Translations under genes and position numbers: made by a program | Notes under the pieces: generated by a model | Told to the model about the DNA's origin: nothing | The model's database searches: none | Seen by the model: only the letters and a program-made list of their open reading frames with translations | Shown here: positions 8,721 to 16,308 of the stretch, piece after piece | Position numbering within the stretch: the first letter of the stretch is position 1 | Layout: each line of letters opens with the position of its first letter | DNA from: a virus | Lineage: Duplodnaviria > Caudoviricetes | Strand: one strand, 5' to 3' | DNA length: 39,679 nucleotides | Virus record (IMG/VR): IMGVR_UViG_3300036453_000007 | Coordinates: 1 to 39,679 of that record

Positions 8721-10376
8721 CTAGAAATACACGTACTCGTCTTCGGATGCATCCAGAGCGCCCGAAGCGATCGCGTCACAAACTGCTTCGTGAGCGAGCG
8801 CCGAGGACATCACCTGATCGATCTTTTGATGATCTGCAGGCTTGCCGAGGATGTACTTCTGGCCGGGTCGTGCGCGAATAATTGCGTTACGCATGTGGAA
8901 CTTGGTTTCAAGATCCGCGTCGTGGTGAAAGTCGCTGTCCTTGTTCGTGATGTCCGTGCGGAAACGTTCGAGCGAGGCATGCATGCGGCCGATTGAGTTA
9001 GTCGGCCACTTGACGAACACTTTCTCGCCGTACTTGGCGCCCCACGTGTCGATTTCCGTTTCCCAGAACATCGGGTCGCAGTAACCGCGCACGATCTCAA
9101 ACTTGTTCGCGAGCTCGTCCATCGCCGCCATAACCTCAGAGCGCGGAATGCGATTGCCCCAGTCGGTCGGCTTCCACAGCGTCGGCCGTGAGCCATCTAG
9201 ATAGGTCGGCGTGAACTGGTAGTAGTCGAGAGTTTCGAGACGGATGCCGGTCCAGTCGTTATTGTCCGAACCGTCGAATCCGAGGCACACTTTCGTTCGC
9301 GGAGACACTGTGATCTGTTCGCCACGCCCTGCCTTGCCGTCGAGCCCCTTAGCAACCCAGTCGGCCTCGCGCACCCAATGACCAGAACCAGCCACGATGC
9401 GGTTGCCGAAGAAACGTTCAGCTTCAGCAGGGTTCGTCTCTGCCAGGGCTGCAGACTCGGACTCAATGGAGCGGATGTCCACCCAAGGCGAGCCCGAATA
9501 GTTGAACCGGAAAATCTGCTCTCGGTCCCTCTTCAGCTCGAACTTGAGCGCGACAGGCGGCGGGAAGTAGTGCTTGTATACGTCCTTCTGGGACGACTCG
9601 AACGTGTCCTGCGCCACCGAATTTTCAGCAGGGTCAAACGGGTTAGTCGACTCGCTCACGCGGCCACCCATGCCCGCAGCACCACGCCGCAAAGTGCGCT
9701 GGAACTTCTTCATATTGTTCGAATCAGTCCACAGGCCCGTCTCATCACCGAACGCCCGCGAAACTCGCGCGCCCAGCTTCGAATCGGCCTTAGACGTAAC
9801 AATCTCAATCCGCGAATCACGGTTACCAGACGGATGACGAATAAACGCCTCACCCGTCTTCGGAATCAAATTAGACAGCGGGCCATCATCGATCATCGGG
9901 ACCAAAGCGCCCCAGGTGTTCTCCACCTGATCCTCAACAACAGCCGCAAGCTGAATCCGCGGCGTTGCCCACGGCCGACCCTTAGGCTCGCCCGCCTCGT
10001 AGAAATACATCTCACCGCACGGGCAGCCATGATCGGCGCACACATACGCTTCGCCCTCTTCAGCACGCCCATCGAACAAACACGGACCGACGAACTCGAG
10101 ACACGCCTCAGCAGCGACACCCGGCGACTTGCCCACCTTCTGCGCCGCCATCCACTGACCCAGCCGATACACAAAAGCCGTGTTCCGCTCGCCAGCCTTA
10201 GCACCAGGCCGAACCTCGTACCAATTCGCCAGATACACCTTGTGATCGATCGTCGGCATGAACGGTTCACCCGCAGTGTCACCATCAGGAACAACACAGT
10301 GAGTCTCAATCCACCAGATGCCGAGATAGCCGAGGGTGCGAGTGCGAGGCGGGACCTTGTAGTCAGGCCCCTTCAA
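8721..10376 (-). CDS. terL: Terminase large subunit
   Basis: Walker A-like QKVGKS, Walker B GDETG, nuclease GFDGS and KIDQ motifs; upstream of the portal. Confidence 0.93.
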   Translation of the reverse strand: MKGPDYKVPPRTRTLGYLGIWWIETHCVVPDGDTAGEPFMPTIDHKVYLANWYEVRPGAKAGERNTAFVYRLGQWMAAQKVGKSPGVAAEACLEFVGPCLFDGRAEEGEAYVCADHGCPCGEMYFYEAGEPKGRPWATPRIQLAAVVEDQVENTWGALVPMIDDGPLSNLIPKTGEAFIRHPSGNRDSRIEIVTSKADSKLGARVSRAFGDETGLWTDSNNMKKFQRTLRRGAAGMGGRVSESTNPFDPAENSVAQDTFESSQKDVYKHYFPPPVALKFELKRDREQIFRFNYSGSPWVDIRSIESESAALAETNPAEAERFFGNRIVAGSGHWVREADWVAKGLDGKAGRGEQITVSPRTKVCLGFDGSDNNDWTGIRLETLDYYQFTPTYLDGSRPTLWKPTDWGNRIPRSEVMAAMDELANKFEIVRGYCDPMFWETEIDTWGAKYGEKVFVKWPTNSIGRMHASLERFRTDITNKDSDFHHDADLETKFHMRNAIIRARPGQKYILGKPADHQKIDQVMSSALAHEAVCDAIASGALDASEDEYVYF

Positions 10377-10839
10377 CAGACACCGCAGACAGCCAGTTGT
10401 TATTTTTCGTCTGGCGAGCAGATTTCGACGGCTTTACGTCTTGAAAGTTCGGGTCATTTTCGGATTGTGCGATCTGCCAGCCGAGACTCTTCATGCCAGG
10501 TAAGGAGATACCCAACTCGCCCTCCATGCGGAGAACTGCGGTCTTGAGGCCCGAAACAGCCTTGGGCTCGACAGCCTCGAAGTATGTGCGAACGTACAGC
10601 GCAACGGCATAGTCCAAGCCTTGGATCTCCCACATGAGGGCTTGTGGCTTCTTCCATAGCTTTCCCCACATGTCGAGTTCGTTGCCGGTCACATCGGCAA
10701 TGGGCCATTCAGGCGGAGGATCAGTGCGGCCTTCAGAAGGAAGAGTGACAAAGTCATCTTTGCCCGCCAATCCCTTGATCATTGATCGCATCGAATTCGG
10801 ATCAACGGGGCGTCCAGCGCCCCTGCGTGCTCCACCCAT
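10363..10839 (-). CDS. terS: Terminase small subunit
   Basis: MGGARRGAGRP N-terminus, PPEWP...W.KLWKKPQA..W...ELGISL.GM..LGWQI; directly upstream of terL. Confidence 0.85.
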   Translation of the reverse strand: MGGARRGAGRPVDPNSMRSMIKGLAGKDDFVTLPSEGRTDPPPEWPIADVTGNELDMWGKLWKKPQALMWEIQGLDYAVALYVRTYFEAVEPKAVSGLKTAVLRMEGELGISLPGMKSLGWQIAQSENDPNFQDVKPSKSARQTKNNNWLSAVSVEGA

Positions 10840-10890
10840 GTGTCTTGCCCTCCGTCAGCTTTGCGCCGGCCTCATTGCGAGGCATGGAAA

Positions 10891-11814
10891 TTAGGCGACT
10901 CGGTCACCTTTGGAAACGTTGCAGCGCAGATGCGCTAGTTGGCAGTTCTCGGGAGTGTGCGCCCCGCCGCGAGCAATTGGCATGATGTGGTCGACGCTCC
11001 GACTGAAAGGGTTTGGATAGAGCAGAGCGGGGTCGACCGGCTCGGCGCAGATTCCGCAGGCCAAGCCATCCCTTGCGATAAGGTCCGAAACGCGCACAGC
11101 GCCATGCGACTGAGTGCCCAGCTTTCGAGCCCGCCGAATGTGCGAGTTATTCCGTCTGCGTTCATCCCATGGCGAATTCGGAAGCCGCCCTTGAGTTCTA
11201 AGGATTCGCTTGTAGTGCATATTGCAAACACCCAGTGCGCGCACGGGCCGCTCGCAGTCCATCTCGGAGCATTTCGAGTCGTCTTTGTCGCGTGCAGTGT
11301 CGCGGTGGATGCGAGCCATCGCCAGCCGGTGCTCGTCGCACCACTTATTACTGTGCAATAGGACCACGCCGCAGTGGTCCCATTTGCAAATATGCGAGCC
11401 TGATCTCCGAAGCTCTTCGCGCTTGGCCTTTTCTGCTCGGGCGTATTCCTCGCGGTGTGATTCTGCAACGCATTTCTGAGAGCAGAATTTAGGGTCCGTA
11501 CCGCGAGAGCTCGTCCGCGCAATAGTGGCACCGCAAATGCAGTGTGTCGGCGCGATGTAGCCCGATTCGATCTTCGCTGCTCGCAGTTGCGCCGCGTAAT
11601 GACGTGAGCATAGTCCCCGCACGCCCCTCTTATTGAGGCAGGACTCCATCCCGCACTGCTCGGAAAGCGGCAGCGCAACCCGCGCAGACCTGCCACTCCT
11701 GTGGGTTTCGCACCACTTCGGATGCCGACCCCTGCCGGACCACATAATGGTCACTTCGCAGCCGGGCATTGTGCATGTAAACTCAGTCATATCAACCCTC
11801 ATCCGGTTGGTCAT
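10891..11814 (-). CDS. Large HNH endonuclease with multiple Cys/His zinc-binding repeats (homing-type)
   Basis: C-terminal RDGLACGIC...SVDHIMPIARGG.H...NCQLAHLRCN; N-terminal repeats of C-x4-C...GLC..HY. Start uncertain. Confidence 0.85.
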   Translation of the reverse strand: MTNRMRVDMTEFTCTMPGCEVTIMWSGRGRHPKWCETHRSGRSARVALPLSEQCGMESCLNKRGVRGLCSRHYAAQLRAAKIESGYIAPTHCICGATIARTSSRGTDPKFCSQKCVAESHREEYARAEKAKREELRRSGSHICKWDHCGVVLLHSNKWCDEHRLAMARIHRDTARDKDDSKCSEMDCERPVRALGVCNMHYKRILRTQGRLPNSPWDERRRNNSHIRRARKLGTQSHGAVRVSDLIARDGLACGICAEPVDPALLYPNPFSRSVDHIMPIARGGAHTPENCQLAHLRCNVSKGDRVA

Positions 11815-11905
11815 GCCCCCGGAGTTAGTAGCTCGCGGGGGTCTTTATTTGGGCGATTTGCGCCCAGGGCAAAACGTCTAGATTATGCAGCCGACTAGTT
11901 CGCCC

Positions 11906-11914
11906 TCTCCGGCG
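11906..11914 (-). other. Candidate cos site (CGCCGGAGA)
   Basis: Lies in the non-coding gap after the small HNH gene and a GGGGGAGGGG run, the usual position of 3' cos ends in HNH-terS phages. It resembles CGCCGG-containing overhangs I recall for Arthrobacter phages (unverified). Confidence 0.45.
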
Positions 11915-12009
11915 GTCATTTGGGAGGATGCGATCAAGGCCCCTCCCCCTATCCGAGGTGCCTCTCGCACGCCCCCTGTGACTGCCTAAGGCGATGTCAT
12001 GCTCAGCAC

Positions 12010-12366
12010 CTACTCGCGCACGTTCCATCCGCCTCGTTGCGATGGTGCGCTTGCTGTGGCTTGTGAGTGACAGGTGTGACACAGACCACGACCACGTTCA
12101 GGATCGTTGCTGTCTAGCCCTTGCTCGAGTAGGTCACGCTTCGAGTCGGGGTGGTGGTCAGCCTCGGTTGCTTGTGCTGCATGACACAACACACAGATAG
12201 GGTCACGCTCGAGCACACCGTTACGGAATGCCCGATGGCCATTGCCTGCATACCCTCGCTGCTTAGCTGTACCCCGTGCCTTGTCTGCTGCTGCTTGATG
12301 CTCGGGGCAGCGCGTGTCCTTGCCGGTGTGCATGGTGGGACAGCCGAAGATGGAGCAGACTCTCAT
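12010..12366 (-). CDS. Small HNH endonuclease (terminase-associated, HK97 gp74-like)
   Basis: RGTAKQRGY...VLERDPICVLC...EADHHP...GLCHTCHS; position upstream of terS. Confidence 0.88.
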   Translation of the reverse strand: MRVCSIFGCPTMHTGKDTRCPEHQAAADKARGTAKQRGYAGNGHRAFRNGVLERDPICVLCHAAQATEADHHPDSKRDLLEQGLDSNDPERGRGLCHTCHSQATASAPSQRGGWNVRE

Positions 12367-12587
12367 CGCCCTGCTGCCTCCATGCTGAATCCAATGCGTG
12401 CAGTGACTGGCTTCTGTGCTTCATGGTCGAACTGCATTGCCCGCTCTGTGTGCGCCTCTGACCCGTTCTTATCCGGTTCGGGTGCAACGTCCTCAGCCAC
12501 ATCATGCCGGTGTCCTGAGCGCCATTCCTTGATGCGTGAGTAGCGCATGGATTGAACGAACGCACCGCATGAGCAGGACTCGCGCAT
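12363..12587 (-). CDS. Hypothetical protein (CxCG motif)
   Basis: 74 aa, ATGA-coupled to the HNH gene. Confidence 0.7.
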   Translation of the reverse strand: MRESCSCGAFVQSMRYSRIKEWRSGHRHDVAEDVAPEPDKNGSEAHTERAMQFDHEAQKPVTARIGFSMEAAGR

Positions 12588-12596
12588 GAGATCCCC

Positions 12597-13931
12597 TTAC
12601 AAGAACGCTTGATCAGACCAGCCCAATTGATCGTGCGTACCAACCAGCAGCGCAAGAATCCCTGAACGTGAGTGCTTCCCGTTCATGTCCCTGAGCCACT
12701 TCGATGAGTCGTTACCTTCGCATGAGGGAGCTTGAAATACTGAGCAGCTACCCATATCCCATGCGGCGTAATGGTGGCGGTGAGCGGTGATCCAGATGCG
12801 TGCAGCGTGTGCTTGTGCATCGCCGCGTACTTGACCGTTAAGCCACTTCTCAAATCCGCTTGCGTCGTTGCCTGGGATCTTGTGCCCGTGATTGAATGCG
12901 ACCGGTACGCCTGCGATGTCGGCGTACACGTTCATTTCGTCGTGCGGGATGGTGAACTTCACATGCTCGAACTCGGGTCGACCACGAAGAATACGTTGCA
13001 GCGACTCAGCAAGGAATGCCGAGCCGGTGTCTTCATCGCCAGTGATCGACTTTGCAGCGCCACCCTGACGACCAAACTGCGTGTGGTTACAGTGCACAGT
13101 CACGAACTGGCCCTTGTCGAACTGGGGGAAGAGCTCGCGTGAGTACGCTTCCCAGATGTCGAGTACGTGGTTCATCTGCGCTCTAAGCCCACCTTGTACG
13201 GTGTGGCTCTGGTTCGCGTAGTTGCCGGCGATTCCCTCGAAAGGATCGCCGTTGTTGACCAGGACAAGCTCGGTGATGTTGCGGCCGGTCTTGCGCTGTC
13301 GGTCGATGTACGCCTGAGTGTTTTCGATGCCGTCAAGCATTCGATCCAGTAGGCCCTTGATACCGCCTGATTCGTGCTTACCTGCCTGCATGTCGGCGAG
13401 GTTGACAACCGCGGCAACTTCAGGGCCAATACCAGATCCGGGGATGCGCTGCGGAAGCTTCCACGCCTGCACACGCCGGCGAGTGGCTTCGGTCTCGGCG
13501 GGTGTTGGTTCGTTGATGTGGCGCCGCGTAAACGATGCCCGATAAGAGAACAAATTCACGACATCGCGCGACCCATCATCGAGCGCCTTGGACTGCTGCC
13601 AAGTCCCCATGCGAACGGTATCGCCAACAATGACGAATGCGTTCGGGTCGAGGTTGAACCGGGCGAATACGTCAGCCCAGTCCGTGATCGGTTCGACGGT
13701 TTGCACGTCTATGAATGTGCCGCCATCAGGGCCAAGCTCAAGACGGCCGGAAAGCTTGCCGACTGCCGGGTCTGCCTTTTCGACGCCAGCAATTTGGCGT
13801 TCAAGTTCCAGGCGGGCACGTTGCGCATTCACGGATGACTTACTCGTGTGCCACTTGAGAGCCAGCGCGCGGCCGGATAGTTCGGCGTTGTTCAGGTCGA
13901 CGAGATAACGCGCATCTTCGAGCAGCGACAT
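12597..13931 (-). CDS. Calcineurin-like metallophosphoesterase-fold protein with N-terminal HTH-like segment
   Basis: Ordered motifs LADMQ, NNGDPFEG, HCNH, FNHGH, TAHRHH match the five MPP metal-binding motifs in degenerate form; RBS GGGAG. Confidence 0.75.
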   Translation of the reverse strand: MSLLEDARYLVDLNNAELSGRALALKWHTSKSSVNAQRARLELERQIAGVEKADPAVGKLSGRLELGPDGGTFIDVQTVEPITDWADVFARFNLDPNAFVIVGDTVRMGTWQQSKALDDGSRDVVNLFSYRASFTRRHINEPTPAETEATRRRVQAWKLPQRIPGSGIGPEVAAVVNLADMQAGKHESGGIKGLLDRMLDGIENTQAYIDRQRKTGRNITELVLVNNGDPFEGIAGNYANQSHTVQGGLRAQMNHVLDIWEAYSRELFPQFDKGQFVTVHCNHTQFGRQGGAAKSITGDEDTGSAFLAESLQRILRGRPEFEHVKFTIPHDEMNVYADIAGVPVAFNHGHKIPGNDASGFEKWLNGQVRGDAQAHAARIWITAHRHHYAAWDMGSCSVFQAPSCEGNDSSKWLRDMNGKHSRSGILALLVGTHDQLGWSDQAFL

Positions 13932-14757
13932 ATAGCTCCCTGCCTTTACTTGCGCGAATGGAGCCTTGTAGCTGAATGGCTGGGGTTTATATCCGTCCCC
14001 ATTTATCCGCAGCGGATGACATAGTGTGCTGCGGCACCAAAAGTTTTACCCCTGAGCAGTGACTCGCTCTCTTTCGAGAACCCGTAAGCCTTGCCTGTCT
14101 CGGTCCTACCTTGGGGCAACAGATAGGGCGTCTTGGGCTGCGGTGTGCTTTGTCGGCTTCACGGAATCGAACCGCATCTCCGGGACGCTTCCCGGTGTCC
14201 TAGACCTTGCATGAATCCCAGTTACCGCGAGTTTCTAGAATCGGGTCTGTCGGTTGCGAAGGCCACACCTGTTGGACGATCAGCCGTTATTGCCCCGTAT
14301 GCGTCTGCGGGACCACCAGCACTTATTTCGGCTCTAGGAGTTGCGCCCGATCGGCCCATGTTGGCCTACACGCTCCGGTTTGATCGTCCGTGCTTTCGCT
14401 CGGGACGTCGGCTTCACCGTTGCCGTGCTCGATTCCTGCCGCCGGTGAGCTCCCGGTGTACGGCCCGTTCCGTGTGGGTTCGGGTGGCAAGTGTTGGGGG
14501 CGGTCAGGGAGTGCATGCCCTGCGTAATCCTCACCGTCCTTTGGTGAGGCCCGCCAGCTCGTTTTACTTGCTCCAACGGCGAGCATCACCGTTTACATGG
14601 GGGAATCAGCAACCCCGGCAAGTTAGATCCCCCGTCAGTCCGTCGACCGCCTGTTTTCATGACTCAGCGCACGGCACCAGAGTGGAGATGGTGGAGATTG
14701 TGCCTGCTGGTCTTCAGTGAGGTGAGCGGGTGTGGCTGAGAGGGGAAGCTTAAATAG
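13932..14757 (-). ncRNA. Putative large structured RNA / late-operon leader
   Basis: No credible ORF over ~830 nt in an otherwise tightly packed genome. Many stems, GAAA tetraloops (14067-14080, 14392-14399), a 9-bp long-range helix (14274-14282/14381-14389) and a tRNA-like domain. Confidence 0.55.
14150..14220 (-). pseudogene. Degenerate tRNA-like element
   Basis: T-arm TGCGG-TTCGATT-CCGTG, D-loop-like GGTCTAGGAC, anticodon-position stem CCGGGA/TCCCGG with a non-canonical loop, mismatched acceptor stem, no CCA. Confidence 0.5.
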
Positions 14758-14791
14758 AAAAAGGGCGCCAACCGTAATGGTGGGCGCCCTT
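14758..14791 (-). terminator. Intrinsic terminator just downstream of the late promoter
   Basis: AAGGGCGCC-CACCATTACGGTT-GGCGCCCTT followed by TTTCTATTT. Confidence 0.85.
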
Positions 14792-14843
14792 CGTGATCTT
14801 GGCTGAAACTTTGCCTCTGTGAGAGTCCTGGCCAGCAAGATCA

Positions 14844-14872
14844 ATCCTAGCGCATTTTATCCCGTGTCACAA
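14844..14872 (-). promoter_or_regulatory. Candidate late promoter (SigA-like)
   Basis: TTGTGA-N17-TAGGAT overlapping the stop codon of the upstream regulator. Confidence 0.5.
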
Positions 14873-15569
14873 CCACGTCTTTCTCCGGCGCGTCGTCCAT
14901 CGCCGGATACCCCAGTCTCGCCGCCAGTCGCAGGAACTCATCGGGCATCCATGACACCTTGCACGCCCCGCATTTCGCCCCGATTGACTTGCCGGTTTCG
15001 CGGTCCAACGTGATCTTGAGCGTTGACGATCGCTTCTCTTCACCATCGACCACACGCAGGACATACCGTTCACCGCATTCCGGGCATGCGTTGGGGATGT
15101 CGCGCGATTTTGGCGGGTTGAAGAAGTCCTCAATCCGGCGCACCCATTCCGCGGCGAGTTGCACCGCTGAGTATTCGCGCCGTTCGAGGTAGACAGGCGG
15201 CACACGGTCAATGTTCGTCGCCTTCACCTCGAGCACGTAGGCGGTCATGTCATCCGTCTGCCCAGCCCACAGCCTCACGTAATGCTCAGCGGTGCCGTAC
15301 GGGGTCGGTGCGTGCGTTCTGGCAGCGAGTACGACGGTTGCCTGTTCCGTGATCTCAGCGAGCAGATCCACGGCCGCAGCATCCATCGGCAGTTTGGGAC
15401 CGCCACCGATAGCACCGCCACCTTCACCGCCGCTGAAGATCGCAGCACGTAGTTGCTCGAGCAGTCCGGGCACCATGCACACCGACTGGCCGGCGTCACG
15501 ATTCACCATGACCGGGTGATCCTGAGTTAGCTCGCTAATTAGGACATGGAATGTCTTCGGTTCGGTCAT
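14847..15569 (-). CDS. Zinc-ribbon protein, putative late-gene regulator
   Basis: 240 aa with CPECG...CGAC...W; last early gene, directly before the promoter/terminator pair. Function inferred from position. Confidence 0.65.
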   Translation of the reverse strand: MTEPKTFHVLISELTQDHPVMVNRDAGQSVCMVPGLLEQLRAAIFSGGEGGGAIGGGPKLPMDAAAVDLLAEITEQATVVLAARTHAPTPYGTAEHYVRLWAGQTDDMTAYVLEVKATNIDRVPPVYLERREYSAVQLAAEWVRRIEDFFNPPKSRDIPNACPECGERYVLRVVDGEEKRSSTLKITLDRETGKSIGAKCGACKVSWMPDEFLRLAARLGYPAMDDAPEKDVVVTRDKMR

Positions 15570-15793
15570 TTCACCACTTCCCCTTCCCCCTGCAACTGGT
15601 ACCGGAATATCTCAGCTCGTCCAACGCGCCTTCCCTGTGAGTACTGCGGCATCTCCCTCGTCACGCAAGCCTTCGCGGTACCGAGGCTGAGATACGGTCC
15701 GAGATCGACTGTGTGATCAATGCCTCCCGGATAGCTCCACGTAATCCGAACCCGAAAAACTTCGGTCGGTATGTTGTGCAGGGTGCGACTCAT
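15566..15793 (-). CDS. Hypothetical protein
   Basis: 75 aa, ATGA overlaps on both sides. Confidence 0.75.
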   Translation of the reverse strand: MSRTLHNIPTEVFRVRITWSYPGGIDHTVDLGPYLSLGTAKACVTREMPQYSQGRRVGRAEIFRYQLQGEGEVVK

Positions 15794-16086
15794 CCTCTGT
15801 CCTCTCTCTGCGCCTCTGTAGCGCTGGTACGGGTTGGTGGTGCTAGTTGTGCTGCGAGGGGCTGAGATGGCGGGGTGGGGGCCAGTCCTGCCCTCTCTGG
15901 CACGAGAGCGCTATAGCTGGGGAACAGATCGGATGCCGCCGAGAGTTGCGCGACATCCTGTGCGTCATCCGCGAAGACATCGAGCTTGTCGAGAACGGCC
16001 TGAGCCTCAGCGATATACGCCCGCAGACGGTCGGCCTCGATCGAAGCCATATTGCGCAGACGGTAAAGCACGTCGATCACGTCCAT
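15790..16086 (-). CDS. Hypothetical protein
   Basis: 98 aa, coupled overlaps, RBS GGAGGG. Confidence 0.7.
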   Translation of the reverse strand: MDVIDVLYRLRNMASIEADRLRAYIAEAQAVLDKLDVFADDAQDVAQLSAASDLFPSYSALVPERAGLAPTPPSQPLAAQLAPPTRTSATEAQREDRG

Positions 16087-16289
16087 CAGTTCCCCTCCCG
16101 CTTCATCTCGTCCCGCCTATCGAGCCATGCCTGCGCCTGAGCCCGGCTGTCTTCCGTCCGCACCCATGAGATGCAATCCGCGAAACGGCCATCCCATTCA
16201 GCTTGCAGCCGGTTGCGTAGGGCGGTATGTGCGACGACGATCGCCCTGGCCTTGCGAGCCTGGCGGGTGGTGCGTATGCGTTTGCTCAT
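16086..16289 (-). CDS. Hypothetical basic protein
   Basis: 67 aa, RBS GAGGA, TGATG overlap. Confidence 0.7.
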   Translation of the reverse strand: MSKRIRTTRQARKARAIVVAHTALRNRLQAEWDGRFADCISWVRTEDSRAQAQAWLDRRDEMKREGN

Positions 16290-16308
16290 GTTGTCCTCAA
16301 ATTCGCAT

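Noticed and set aside
8721-10376. Intein or intron in terL (Cys-rich CADHGCPCG segment)
   Set aside because: Length is normal at 551 aa, the frame is uninterrupted and no intein splice motifs are seen.
9378-10547. Long plus-strand ORFs (389 aa here; also 4730-5536, 26867-27685, 20208-20990)
   Set aside because: Antisense shadows of well-supported minus-strand genes, expected in GC-rich DNA.
14133-14720. ORFs of 195 aa (+), 88 aa and 80 aa (-) in the late leader
   Set aside because: No RBS or coupling, low-information Arg/Pro-rich translations, and they run across evident RNA stems. Not fully excluded without ribosome profiling.
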